Part shown: in pieces, positions 33,949 through 43,578 of the stretch | Numbering within the stretch: position 1 is the first letter of the stretch | Layout: each line of letters starts with the position of its first letter | From: Syntrophomonadaceae bacterium | Lineage (GTDB): Bacteria > Bacillota > Syntrophomonadia > Syntrophomonadales > Syntrophomonadaceae | DNA: 64,000 nucleotides | Direction: 5' to 3' | Assembly: GCA_031553935.1 (NCBI GenBank) | Contig: JAVBKS010000034.1 | Span: forward strand, 5,034 to 69,033 | Notes under the pieces: generated by a model | The model's input: only the letters and a program-made list of their open reading frames with translations | Databases searched by the model: none | Told to the model about the DNA's origin: nothing | Translations under genes and position numbers: made by a program

Positions 33949-36900
33949 TTAAATTTCTGGATTTTCGATCAGCGTTGGCCTGCCTAATGTGCCGATGGTT
34001 GCAGTGTTCCACACACTTGTCGTGTTCCAGCCTAAGGTATTAATGACGGCAAGCAAGCTGGACGGGTCCATACTCTGACCGTCCAACCCGTTTGGATCGC
34101 TAATCGGTGTAACCGGCACGCCTCCGGAGAGCAGTGTCATTGCACTGTTGGCGTAGTTTTGCTCGAGCGTCGCGCCGTTAACCAGTTGTCCGCAAACCCT
34201 GTGCACCACGCCGCCTGCGTTGGTGGCGACCGCTGAGGTCCCTAGAGCGATGCTGCTTTGCAAGCTGGCTGCGCCCGGCGACTTGGACTCCAAAGAGCCA
34301 ACAAGACCTGCGACGCCGGTGTCACCAGTGGCAGAGCCCGATGCATAGCAGCGGCTGACCGTCGCACCGAGCCCATGGCCCAACAGTGCACCATACTGGG
34401 AGCCGACGCCGCTGCTGTTCCCGGTCGCGTAGCTGTCCAGGATGATCGTAGGATTGGCGCACAATCCCACCATCGAGCCAACCTCAAATTGCCCATTGGA
34501 AACCACATTGCCCGTCGCAAAGCATTGCTCGATCAGCCCATAGGCGCAATTGCCGCTAAAACCTCCAGCACCGTTACCGCTTCCCGTTCCGCCGGTGCTA
34601 GTCACGTTGCCGTGTGCCTGGCACTGGAAAAACTGCAGCGAAGGGTTTTGCGGATTTGCCGGTGCGGGTGCGTCGGTGTTGCCGTTAAATCCGCCAACTC
34701 GAATGGCTGCTTGAGCATTGCCGCTGGCCCGGCAGCGGATATACCTGGCGCCTGAAGTACGACCAACGAATCCGCCGACTTCTTGAGTAACGGCAGTCAC
34801 GTTGGCGGTCGCGGAGCAATCGGTCACGAACATGATCGGTGTTGTGGGTATTGGCGTGATGTTGAGAACCCCTATATGTCCGGCGAAACCACCGCTTACT
34901 CCTGCGGTCGATGGTCCAATTGCCGCTATGGTAGATGCACTTGAGTGACAGTTTGAGATGTTTGTTGTGCCGCCGCCGGTCATGACCTGCATTGCACCGA
35001 TTACACCACCCATGGACGCAGTTCGCCCAGTGATATCCACTCCGCAATTGATATTGGCATAGCTGCTGCCGCTGGTGCGCACTTCGATGGTACCAAATGC
35101 GCCGCCAAGCCGGTTGTTTCCGTAAATTGCGCCGCTTTCCACCTCACCGCCCAACATGGTGAGCGGGGCGGTCAGCGTTGTAAAGCCAATGAGACCCCCT
35201 TGATGCGCAGCAGTCGCAAGCGGATTGGGTTCATTTATTTGTATTTGCCCAACTATAAGATTCGTGAGGTTAGATGGGGCAGTGCACGTAAACATGCCGA
35301 TAATACCGCCACAGTTTGCGGCAAAGAAAAGAAAGGTGCCTGTAGCCACGCTGATATTGGACATTTGACTCACCCCTGCACTGACCAGCCCGATCACCCC
35401 GCCCTGGTTTTGGTTGCCGGTGACCTCCGATTCTGTGACGACCACGTCGCTGACCGTGGCCGAAGCCCCCGCTTGGTTCAGCAGACCGATCAATCCGCCC
35501 GCGTTGACGGATAACGGGGTGATCTCTGCGATAACCAGCTGCGGCGCGATAATGCGCTCAACGATAATTTCGCCTTCCAGTACTCCTGCCATGCCGCCTA
35601 TATATCCAATATTGCTGCCGGTTCCGGAGCGCCCGCCGGATGCTCGCCCTGGATTCAGCATGATGTCTCTGATGGTTCCACCTTGCATATAACCAACCAG
35701 CGTACCGATTTTACCGGTCAATGCGGTGTCGGCAAAACCGGTGAACATTGCTTCCGAAAATGCGTTAACGAGGGTAAAGCGCTCCAGCGCAACTCCGCGA
35801 ACCTGGCCAAAAAGCCCGCGTACCAGCACAGGGTTTTGCGCTGTGGCGGCGGCGTTGATGGTCAGATTGCTGACAACGCAACCGCTTGCCGGGGTCTGGA
35901 CAACGCCGGTGAAAACATGCTCGCCGGATAGAGACGGTACAATCAGACCTGCATCCACATTGCCGATAGGCATCCAACCATTGCCACCCCAAGCAGTTGC
36001 GTAGTTGGCCAAATCGAACTCGCTGTCCAATCTATATGTCAGCGATAGGCTGTCGGGCATGCCATGCACGCCGCCTGTCTGATCGTAAAGCGCCTGCATG
36101 CCTTCGATATTATCAAGAATGCGAGCACTTTCCGTCACACCCGCCCGGTTGCCTGGATTCCCTTGGGACATATCAGGATAAAAGGCCATTTCTGCGGGGG
36201 TGCACATGCGCACAAAGAAGGGATCGCCGATGATGCCATTCCCCGAGGCGAACGGCATGCCCATGGCCGATTCAAACAGCGTCAAAACGCCTGTTGATCG
36301 TCCCTCGTTGGTTATGCCCACCACATAGACATCATAGTTGAAGCCATCCATAACTCCAGTCTCCAGCGGCAACGGCGTTATGTTCTCTTTGCCGGTCAGG
36401 GAGAAGGAAAATGTTTGCGCGGAGGCACTCAGTGAGCGCACGAATTGGCCACGCACGGCGTTACCGGTAATCAGTGAGCCGGGATCATTGTAGCCGACAA
36501 TCTCCTCCGCAGTGGGCACTGGCTGCCCGGGGGTCAGTAACAGATAATATATTGAAAGTGCCGTGACTGGTGAGGCTGACCCGTTCATCTCCACGTCTAC
36601 CGTCCTGAATACTGCACCGCGCACCATTGAGATTAGATTAACGTTCAGGAAGCTGGTATCCACCGTGAAGGTTGAGAACGTGCGCGAGGTGTCCATAGGG
36701 TTGCAGAACGTGCCCAACTGAGTAGCAATGACTGTGTATGTGCCGTCTGGCAGGTCATAAGGCGATTGCACAGCCCACTCGCCATTCTCAGACAGCGTCG
36801 CGGTTTCGCAAAATACAGTCGCTCCAAGACTGTTCTGAACACATACCATCACCTGGCTGTTTGGAACGCCGCGCCCAGCAATGGATGGCCTCGAGGATGC

Positions 36901-37602
36901 GATGACCTCATTCAACTCCGGCACATCGATAGGCGGAGGCGGGCAGGCGGGGTAGACTACATCGAAGCAGGTTTCATCCTGCGGCCTATCGAAATTCACA
37001 CTGCCCGGGCATCGCAGCACTGCCAGCACACAATGGCGCCCCTGCGTCCAAGGCGGATTGGGTTCGTAGCTCCAGTTGCCATTAGCGTCGATGGGCACCC
37101 GTCCGACGAAAATGCCGTCTCGATAAAGCTCCGCTTCGCAGCCAGGTTCTCCGGTTCCAACGATTGGATCTCCCGGATCGGCTCTTCCACCGTTCTCAGG
37201 GCTGGTGATTCGGATTTCCGTGCCTTTCGTAACGTAAAAACACGACATATCTTCCGGTGGATTCCCGGTATAGTTGCCCGGGCAATGCAACACTGCACGA
37301 ACGCAATGACGACCGCCAGTCCATGGTGTAGCGGGACGATACATCCAATGTCCATAGGCATCGATGCTCACAGCCCCGGCAAACCTTCCATCAATGTATA
37401 TATCAACGCGACAAAATGGTGTCCCTTTCCCCGTGACTGGATCAGTAGTGTTGACATTGTCGCCGTTGCAGGGGCACGTGATACAAATACTGCGGCAATA
37501 ATTACGACTGCATGGCTGGCAAAGTGTAGGCACAGGCAAACAGAAGCGGGGTCCCCCGTGAGATATTGGCGCAGAACGAAAACTATTAAAGCACTTTTTC
37601 AT
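33949..37602 (-). CDS. GC-rich, Cys-rich protein with tandem Ig-like domains and a long GLUG-motif beta-helix-like repeat region
   Basis: The track ORF is 33949..37608. An AGGAGG RBS is best spaced for the second ATG at 37602. The N-terminus has 9 Cys in about 45 aa (CLPVPTLCQPCSRNYCRSICITCPC) and no hydrophobic signal peptide. There are two ~85-aa repeats with 4 Cys each, and a Big-like domain (GRGVPNSQVMVCV...DGTYTVIATQ). More than 12 GG(L/V/I/F)(I/V/A/F)G motifs are present (GGLIGLL, GGVIGLV, GGIIGMF, GGFVGRT, GGFSGNCAYGLIEQCFATGNV). Confidence 0.75.
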   Translation of the reverse strand: MKKCFNSFRSAPISHGGPRFCLPVPTLCQPCSRNYCRSICITCPCNGDNVNTTDPVTGKGTPFCRVDIYIDGRFAGAVSIDAYGHWMYRPATPWTGGRHCVRAVLHCPGNYTGNPPEDMSCFYVTKGTEIRITSPENGGRADPGDPIVGTGEPGCEAELYRDGIFVGRVPIDANGNWSYEPNPPWTQGRHCVLAVLRCPGSVNFDRPQDETCFDVVYPACPPPPIDVPELNEVIASSRPSIAGRGVPNSQVMVCVQNSLGATVFCETATLSENGEWAVQSPYDLPDGTYTVIATQLGTFCNPMDTSRTFSTFTVDTSFLNVNLISMVRGAVFRTVDVEMNGSASPVTALSIYYLLLTPGQPVPTAEEIVGYNDPGSLITGNAVRGQFVRSLSASAQTFSFSLTGKENITPLPLETGVMDGFNYDVYVVGITNEGRSTGVLTLFESAMGMPFASGNGIIGDPFFVRMCTPAEMAFYPDMSQGNPGNRAGVTESARILDNIEGMQALYDQTGGVHGMPDSLSLTYRLDSEFDLANYATAWGGNGWMPIGNVDAGLIVPSLSGEHVFTGVVQTPASGCVVSNLTINAAATAQNPVLVRGLFGQVRGVALERFTLVNAFSEAMFTGFADTALTGKIGTLVGYMQGGTIRDIMLNPGRASGGRSGTGSNIGYIGGMAGVLEGEIIVERIIAPQLVIAEITPLSVNAGGLIGLLNQAGASATVSDVVVTESEVTGNQNQGGVIGLVSAGVSQMSNISVATGTFLFFAANCGGIIGMFTCTAPSNLTNLIVGQIQINEPNPLATAAHQGGLIGFTTLTAPLTMLGGEVESGAIYGNNRLGGAFGTIEVRTSGSSYANINCGVDITGRTASMGGVIGAMQVMTGGGTTNISNCHSSASTIAAIGPSTAGVSGGFAGHIGVLNITPIPTTPIMFVTDCSATANVTAVTQEVGGFVGRTSGARYIRCRASGNAQAAIRVGGFNGNTDAPAPANPQNPSLQFFQCQAHGNVTSTGGTGSGNGAGGFSGNCAYGLIEQCFATGNVVSNGQFEVGSMVGLCANPTIILDSYATGNSSGVGSQYGALLGHGLGATVSRCYASGSATGDTGVAGLVGSLESKSPGAASLQSSIALGTSAVATNAGGVVHRVCGQLVNGATLEQNYANSAMTLLSGGVPVTPISDPNGLDGQSMDPSSLLAVINTLGWNTTSVWNTATIGTLGRPTLIENPEI

Positions 37603-37898
37603 AACCATCCTCCTAAACGATTTTCTCGAAAGAGATAGAAAAGCTCCATTATAATAAGATATGTATTCTGTTAAACATATGCTAAGCCATGTGAAATTGC
37701 AGAAAATGGTATTCTCATTATAATTAATGAAAACATTTGCTAAAAACTAAAGATATAGCGGATATACCTGAGGTAAGTTTCTGTTGGGCAATAACTCGAA
37801 TAAAGAAGTGTAATTTTCGCTGGTCTTCGACGACAGCTCATGGCTCCTTTGCAGTTATTAGAAAACTAGCATGGTCAGAGCGCATTCACAATAGAAAG

Positions 37899-37924
37899 GA
37901 TCAGCATGATTGCTCATGCTGATC
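37899..37924 (-). terminator. 10-bp perfect stem-loop after flgJ-like gene
   Basis: GATCAGCATG-ATTGCT-CATGCTGATC lies about 38 nt after the stop at 37963. On the minus strand it is followed by CUUUCUAUU. Confidence 0.5.
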
Positions 37925-37962
37925 AACAAAAATTTTATTATGGGGGGTAATTAATTGGTTAT

Positions 37963-38301
37963 TTATATATGGGCAGATAATTGTTTGTAGAGGGTTTTAG
38001 CAATACCAATCGACCCGGTTTTGCTCATAAGATCCGCATATTTTTCGAAAAGCATTGATTCCCATACATCAGTGGCGAAGCCGCGGTTAATTAATTCACT
38101 TCGCGGTATGGCAGCTCGCATTGAATCCATTACTTTGTTAATGAACACGGCCTCTAATTGCTCGCAAGCAGTCTTAAGTTCTTTTTCTTTTTTACCGTTT
38201 TTAGCATCATTTAATAGTCTATTGAAATCCTGCTGAGAATTAGTCGCCGCTTGTGTTACTACACTTTGGTTCAGCGTGTCGGCAAACCCAGTTATTTTCA
38301 T
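37963..38301 (-). CDS. flgJ: Flagellar rod-binding protein (FlgJ N-terminal domain type)
   Basis: 112 aa. ACEQLEAVFINKVMDSMRAAIP...FEKYADLMSKTGSIGIAKTLYKQL matches the rod-binding domain pattern. Confidence 0.7.
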   Translation of the reverse strand: MKITGFADTLNQSVVTQAATNSQQDFNRLLNDAKNGKKEKELKTACEQLEAVFINKVMDSMRAAIPRSELINRGFATDVWESMLFEKYADLMSKTGSIGIAKTLYKQLSAHI

Positions 38302-38352
38302 GTTTCACCTCGTATGTCGGATGTGTCAAACCCCTATCCTCCGGGCATTGTA

Positions 38353-39138
38353 TTATCTTCTCAGATTAGTAGCGGTTTGCAGCATTTCATCTGAAGACTG
38401 AATTACTTTGGAATTTATTTCATAAGCGCGTTGCGCAGTTATTAAGCCAACCATCTCCTCAACTACTTGAACATTAGACATTTCCAGATATCCGCTCTCA
38501 AGTATCAGGGAATGATCACTCTCAGGATCCCAATCTACCGGTTCCCCAGAATTCTGAGTTGCCACATATAGATTTGCTCCTATTTTATCCAATCCGGCCG
38601 GGTTGATGAATTTTGCTAATTCCAGTTGTCCGGCTTCTTGGACCTCATCATTGCCAGGAATTTTGTAGTTTACGCGACCGTCTTTGGCAATGGAAACATC
38701 ATAAGCATCTTCGGGCAGTATATCAGCTCCTACCATCAAATATCCGTCAGCATTGACAAGCTGTCCGGCAGCATCAATCTTTAAGGCTCCGTTACGCGTA
38801 TATAAGGGGTCATCATATCCAGGAACTTGTATTTTGAAAAAACCCTGACCGGAAATGGCAACATCAATCATGTTGCCGGTATCTTGCATATTGCCTTGCG
38901 AAAAAAGAGTATTGGTTGCAGCTGCCTTTACTCCTAAGCCAATGCTTAAGCCCAAAGGTTCATTCACGGTGTCGGTTACGGCTGGGCGCCTAATCTGCTG
39001 ATAAATTAGATCTTGAAATTCCACCCGCTGTTTTTTGTATCCAGCGGTACTAACATTTGACATATTATGGGCAATAGTATCAATGTTCATCTGTTGTCCA
39101 TACATGCCAGAACTGGCAGTATATAGAGATCTAAGCAT
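38353..39138 (-). CDS. flgG: Flagellar basal-body rod protein FlgG
   Basis: 261 aa. The N-terminus is MLRSLYTASSGMYGQQMNIDTIAHNMSNVSTAGYK and the C-terminus is LEMSNVQVVEEMVGLITAQRAYEINSKVIQSSDEML. Confidence 0.9.
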   Translation of the reverse strand: MLRSLYTASSGMYGQQMNIDTIAHNMSNVSTAGYKKQRVEFQDLIYQQIRRPAVTDTVNEPLGLSIGLGVKAAATNTLFSQGNMQDTGNMIDVAISGQGFFKIQVPGYDDPLYTRNGALKIDAAGQLVNADGYLMVGADILPEDAYDVSIAKDGRVNYKIPGNDEVQEAGQLELAKFINPAGLDKIGANLYVATQNSGEPVDWDPESDHSLILESGYLEMSNVQVVEEMVGLITAQRAYEINSKVIQSSDEMLQTATNLRR

Positions 39139-39192
39139 AGATAATCCTCCTGAAAATGCACATGCGATTATTTAAATTTCAATTCATAGTTT

Positions 39193-39220
39193 ATTATCGT
39201 AAAACTTGCAGAAAGGTTTA
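39193..39220 (-). promoter_or_regulatory. SigD/sigma-28-like promoter upstream of flgG
   Basis: The minus strand reads TAAA-N17-CGATAAT, against the consensus TAAA-N15-GCCGATAT. It lies about 55 nt upstream of the flgG ATG. Confidence 0.35.
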
Positions 39221-39289
39221 ACCATTTGCAATAATATAGAAGTGATTGACAGGGGTAAACATCCTTAATCCTAGTATTTATACAGCAGA

Positions 39290-39475
39290 TCAGTTATTCT
39301 TATTAGCAGTATTTTGGATTATTTCTTGAAGGATTTCGTTTTGGGCAGTAATTTGCCTATTCATTTCATTTAATGTCAATTTAATGCTACGGAAAAATAA
39401 CACTACTCTAAAGATCAAATAGACTATAAGCCCCAATAAGATAAGGTTTAGAATACTCCATATTAAAACTCTCAT
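39290..39475 (-). CDS. Small hypothetical membrane protein
   Basis: 61-aa ORF with one TM segment (VLIWSILNLILLGLIVYLIFRVVLFF) and a GAGGAG RBS upstream. Confidence 0.4.
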   Translation of the reverse strand: MRVLIWSILNLILLGLIVYLIFRVVLFFRSIKLTLNEMNRQITAQNEILQEIIQNTANKNN

Positions 39476-39533
39476 TCTATTTCACTACTCCTCTTTATGC
39501 CTTCATCTTCCGGAAGAGGTCAGGCAGCTAGCG

Positions 39534-40988
39534 TTAAACGCTTCCCAATACTTGTACAAAGTCCAAATAGGGATCGGTAGTACCTTGCAGGGCGCAGTTT
39601 TCTTTTTTCAATATTTTGATATAGTCTATGATTTCTTGAGTAATTTTCTCCCCCATACAAACTACAGGAATTCCAGGTGGATATGCCATAATCATCTCGC
39701 CTGCTATTTCGCCGGCGGCTTCATCTAGTTTAATTGATTTTTTGGGGCTGTAAAAGGCGTCCCTTGGCGATACAATCATATCGGCAAATGCCGGAACAAA
39801 GGTATTGCTCTGAAACTCTCTTACTCTACTCTGGGAAGAAATCACTTGCAGAGCCTCAATTAGAGTCTGGAAATCCTGTTTCTGGTCTCCAATACTGCAA
39901 ATAGCTAAAATATTATTCAGATCAGATAATTCTATCTGGATTTTATATTCGGTTCTTAAAATACTTTCCATCTGGTAACCGGTGTAACCAAGCGGACTGA
40001 CATTTATTCCTAATTTAGTTTCATCCCAATCATAGCAGCCGGGGGTTCCGATTATTTCTTTGCCAAATGCATATAGTCCAGGAATCTTGTTAATTTCCTC
40101 GCGGGCCCAGCGAACCTGTTGTAAGGTTTTTTCCAAGAGTTCTGCCCCTTTGGTTGCCAGCTGCTTTCTCGCAACATCTAAGGAGCACATAAGTAAATAG
40201 GAAGCACTGGAGGTGTAACTAAGATTAAGCACCTGCTTCACTTTATCTGTGGAAATCATGTTGCCCCGCATCAGTAAAACTGAACTCTGAGTTAAAGAAC
40301 CCGCCGTCTTGTGAAGGCTCGCTGCACTCATATCGGCTCCAGCTTCCATTGCCGTGAGCGGAAAGGTATTATGAAATGACATGTGGGCTCCATGAGCCTC
40401 ATCAACTAAGACTGCCATATTATGCGCATGGGCAATCCTGACAATAGCCTTTAAATCAGAAGTATGTCCATAATAAGTAGGATTAAGCAGAAAAACTGCC
40501 TTAGCATGCGGATGTTGTTGTATAGCTTTGTAAATGCTTTCTAGGGTAACACCCATCGAGATACCTAACTCTTGATTGATTTCCGGGTAAACATAGACCG
40601 GTAAAGCTCCGCTCAAGATAATACCACCGATTGTTGACTTATGAGCATTGCGCGGAATAATGATCTCGTTTCCCGGCTCACAAACGCTCATTATCATGGC
40701 TTGAACTCCGGCCGTTGTGCCATTAACTAGAAAAAAACCCTCTTCAGCTCCAAATGCATAAGCCAAAAGTTTCTGGGCTTCTTGGATAACTCCCGCCGGA
40801 TTATTGATATAATCCAATTCGTTCATACCGTTGACATCTAATTGCAGTACCTTTTCTCCAACATAGTCGCGAAATTCCGATAAGCCTCGACCCTGTTTGT
40901 GTCCAGGTACATGAAATGGTATTACTTTTTCAGCTACATAGTTTTTTACAGCATCAAATAATGGAGTAAGGCTCTGATTAGTGATCAT
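39534..40988 (-). CDS. PLP-dependent Orn/Lys/Arg decarboxylase (SpeA-type arginine/lysine decarboxylase)
   Basis: 484 aa. It has the fold-type I major domain and the PLP-lysine motif SLHKTAGSLTQSS. Confidence 0.8.
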   Translation of the reverse strand: MITNQSLTPLFDAVKNYVAEKVIPFHVPGHKQGRGLSEFRDYVGEKVLQLDVNGMNELDYINNPAGVIQEAQKLLAYAFGAEEGFFLVNGTTAGVQAMIMSVCEPGNEIIIPRNAHKSTIGGIILSGALPVYVYPEINQELGISMGVTLESIYKAIQQHPHAKAVFLLNPTYYGHTSDLKAIVRIAHAHNMAVLVDEAHGAHMSFHNTFPLTAMEAGADMSAASLHKTAGSLTQSSVLLMRGNMISTDKVKQVLNLSYTSSASYLLMCSLDVARKQLATKGAELLEKTLQQVRWAREEINKIPGLYAFGKEIIGTPGCYDWDETKLGINVSPLGYTGYQMESILRTEYKIQIELSDLNNILAICSIGDQKQDFQTLIEALQVISSQSRVREFQSNTFVPAFADMIVSPRDAFYSPKKSIKLDEAAGEIAGEMIMAYPPGIPVVCMGEKITQEIIDYIKILKKENCALQGTTDPYLDFVQVLGSV

Positions 40989-41039
40989 GCGCGGCTAAGT
41001 GCTCCTTATAAAAATTAATTATTTACATCCACCCATACT

Positions 41040-41067
41040 ATTATATCTTAGCTCAGCTTATTGACAA
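41040..41067 (-). promoter_or_regulatory. SigA-type promoter for the decarboxylase gene
   Basis: The minus strand reads TTGTCA-N16-TATAAT, about 50 nt upstream of the ATG at 40988. Confidence 0.5.
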
Positions 41068-41074
41068 GCGAAAA

Positions 41075-41575
41075 TCATTGGGAACTGTCAAAAAAGCGCA
41101 GGATAAATGCTGTTATCTCTTCAGGATTTTGAAAAGAAAAAATGGGCTTATCACTTGTCAGGGGAAAATCAGATACTATGGCGATGACATTGTGAATATT
41201 TAGGGGTGTGCTGCCGACTTCAGCGCGCATAACTTCAATTTTAGGATAGTCTTCTTGTTTGAATCCTTCAGTGATTATTATATCTATTTCAGCTGGAATC
41301 ATCTCTATGATCTGAGCTAAACGGCTAGCGCTTTCAGTTCGTTGGTAAGTCAGCAAGACTCCAGGGTTAGTTGCATAAACTGCATCTGCCCCAGCTGAAA
41401 AAAGAATTTCGGAATCATACTCTGAATTTAAAGTCAGACTAGTCACCGCGTTTTTTATTACTGAAACCTTTAAATTCTTGGCTTTAAGGCTTTGCAGCAG
41501 CCCTTTAATTAAAGTGGTTTTGCCGGAATCATGTTTTCCAACAATTGAAATAATTTTTCTTGGCTTTGATGTCAC
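41075..41575 (-). CDS. mobB: Molybdopterin-guanine dinucleotide biosynthesis adapter protein MobB
   Basis: 166 aa. It has the P-loop ISIVGKHDSGKTTLI, then VSVIKNA and ITEGFKQEDYPKIEV. Confidence 0.75.
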   Translation of the reverse strand: MTSKPRKIISIVGKHDSGKTTLIKGLLQSLKAKNLKVSVIKNAVTSLTLNSEYDSEILFSAGADAVYATNPGVLLTYQRTESASRLAQIIEMIPAEIDIIITEGFKQEDYPKIEVMRAEVGSTPLNIHNVIAIVSDFPLTSDKPIFSFQNPEEITAFILRFFDSSQ

Positions 41576-41599
41576 TATTTTCCCAACTTTTGCATGTAT

Positions 41600-42895
41600 T
41601 TATTCCCCAGCAGTTAGTCTTTTTGCTGCTAGTTTCGCGTTTCTTAAAACTTCGTCTTCATCAAATGATTTAATAATTCGGGCTTCCATTAACACTTCGC
41701 CATTTACTATAACCGTCTCAACATCAGCTGCTTGAGCTGAGTATACAATATTGGCGACCACATCATGACAGGGCACCATATGTGGTTTACTGATATCCAT
41801 AATAATCATATCGGCTTGCTTGCCTGGAGCTAAACTGCCGATAAGTTCTTCTTGCCCTAAAGCTCGGGCGCCGTTAATAGTTGCCATTTCCAGCACCTGA
41901 TAAGCAGGCAAAGCTGTAGGATCCAGGTTTGCTACTTTCTGCAAAAATGCAGCCGTGCGCATTTCCTGCAGTAAATCCAAATTGTTATTGCTGGAAGCGC
42001 CATCTGTACCAAGACTGACAGTCAGCCCACACTCTAGCATCTCTTTGACACTAGCGATTCCGCTCCCTAGTTTCATGTTGCTTTCCGGGTTATGCGCTAT
42101 TTTTACATTATGTTTTCTCAGTATTTCGAAATCTCGCGCGTTTAGGTGCACGCAGTGCGCAGCTAAAACATGACAGCCAAATAATCCGGTCTCTTCAGCT
42201 AAAGCTATCGGCGACTTGCCGAATTGTTCACTGATCGAATCATACTCATGCTTGGTCTCGGCTAAGTGGATGTGAATGCCGACATTCATTTCCTTAGCCA
42301 AGTCAGCAACTCTGCTGAGGTAGTCAGGAGAACAAGTATAAGGAGCGTGAGGACCAAACCATACCGTAATTCGGCCTTCTGCCTGGTGGTTCCATTTCTT
42401 GATAAGCTCAACATTTTCCTGCAGCGACTGCTCGCCATTAGGACCATTCCCGATTAGGCCCCGGGATAATACTCCCCTTACTCCGCTATTTTGCACTGCC
42501 AAGGCCACTTCTTCCATGAAAAAGTACATATCAGCAAAGCTTGTGGTTCCAGACCTTATCATTTCCGCAATGGCAAGCATAGTACCCCAATAGACATCAG
42601 CAGCTGTTAGTTTATCTTCTAATGGCCATATTTTATTCTCGAGCCATTCCATAAGTGGCAGGTCATCAGCATATCCTCTAAACAAGGTCATGGCTAAATG
42701 GGTATGGGTATTAATTAATCCTGGTAACAAGACTTTGTTGCACCCTTCGATTACCTTATCAAAATGGATAGTTGGCGGTTTACCTTCGCTGATTTCCAGG
42801 ATTTTATTATTCTCTATAATAAGATAACCTAAATCAATTATCTCATCGGGAGCAGTCATTGGAACTATTGAAATATTCTCAATTAATATCCTCAT
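41600..42895 (-). CDS. mtaD: 5-methylthioadenosine/S-adenosylhomocysteine deaminase (amidohydrolase)
   Basis: 431 aa. Supporting motifs are LLPGLINTHTHLAMTLFRGYADDLPLMEWL, HLAET and GTDGASSNNNLD. Confidence 0.8.
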   Translation of the reverse strand: MRILIENISIVPMTAPDEIIDLGYLIIENNKILEISEGKPPTIHFDKVIEGCNKVLLPGLINTHTHLAMTLFRGYADDLPLMEWLENKIWPLEDKLTAADVYWGTMLAIAEMIRSGTTSFADMYFFMEEVALAVQNSGVRGVLSRGLIGNGPNGEQSLQENVELIKKWNHQAEGRITVWFGPHAPYTCSPDYLSRVADLAKEMNVGIHIHLAETKHEYDSISEQFGKSPIALAEETGLFGCHVLAAHCVHLNARDFEILRKHNVKIAHNPESNMKLGSGIASVKEMLECGLTVSLGTDGASSNNNLDLLQEMRTAAFLQKVANLDPTALPAYQVLEMATINGARALGQEELIGSLAPGKQADMIIMDISKPHMVPCHDVVANIVYSAQAADVETVIVNGEVLMEARIIKSFDEDEVLRNAKLAAKRLTAGE

Positions 42896-42909
42896 TGCTT
42901 GGAATCCTC

Positions 42910-43560
42910 TTATTTTCTCTGGCCATAACTCTTCGCCCGATCATGAAGACTTATAATATCCACTGGGCTTATGGAATGTGGTTGACCAATTTGTTTTGCC
43001 AGCAGCGCAACCATTGCGGTTTTTTCAACAACATGAACAACTGCAAGTGCTCTTCCTGCCGATTGGGCCACGCATACTAAACCATGATTAGCGAGTAAAA
43101 CTGCAGCCCCATCTGTTCCTAATTTGTCTAGCACTTGGTTTGCAAGGTTAGAGCTGCCACATTCTTGATAATCGGTTACTTGGATTTCATGTCCAACCAC
43201 TTGGGCGGTCTCCTCCAAGATCACCGGGATATTAGTGCGGGCAACCGCAAATGCTGAAGCATAGATCGAATGCGCATGCACGATTCCGCCAACATCTGGA
43301 CGATGCTTGTAAATCTCTAAATGCATTGGCGTTTCTATGGAAGGTTTATACTTTCCAACCTGCAGATTGCCTTCAAAATCAACAACTGCCAAATCCTCAG
43401 GCAATAGGTTTTCATAAAACATTCCACTGGGAGTTATGACAATTTTTTCTTCACCTTTGCAGCGAGCACTGATATTGCCCCATGTTCCCATTACTAAACC
43501 ATCTTTTGACATTCTTTTAGCTGCTTTTAAAACAGAATCTCGTTCTTGTATATATTGCAT
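42910..43560 (-). CDS. Class II aldolase/adducin-family protein (MTRu-1-P aldolase Ald2-like or MtnB-like)
   Basis: 216 aa with GNISAR and IVHAHSIYASAFA motifs. It sits between mtnA and mtaD. Confidence 0.7.
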   Translation of the reverse strand: MQYIQERDSVLKAAKRMSKDGLVMGTWGNISARCKGEEKIVITPSGMFYENLLPEDLAVVDFEGNLQVGKYKPSIETPMHLEIYKHRPDVGGIVHAHSIYASAFAVARTNIPVILEETAQVVGHEIQVTDYQECGSSNLANQVLDKLGTDGAAVLLANHGLVCVAQSAGRALAVVHVVEKTAMVALLAKQIGQPHSISPVDIISLHDRAKSYGQRK

Positions 43561-43578
43561 TTATTCACATCCCTTACC

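Noticed and set aside
34242-37638. Many long overlapping ORFs in other frames and on the plus strand within the GC-rich gene (for example 36766..37638 at 290 aa, 34258..34755 at 165 aa, 34685..35047 at 120 aa)
   Set aside because: High G+C depletes stop codons in all frames. These translations are Arg/Ala/Pro-rich low-complexity strings with no RBS or domain features. The 1217-aa minus-strand frame has coherent repeat and domain structure.
39481-39533. CTTCCGGAAG palindrome after the decarboxylase gene as a terminator
   Set aside because: The stem needs bulges and mismatches, and no U-tract follows. The evidence is not convincing.
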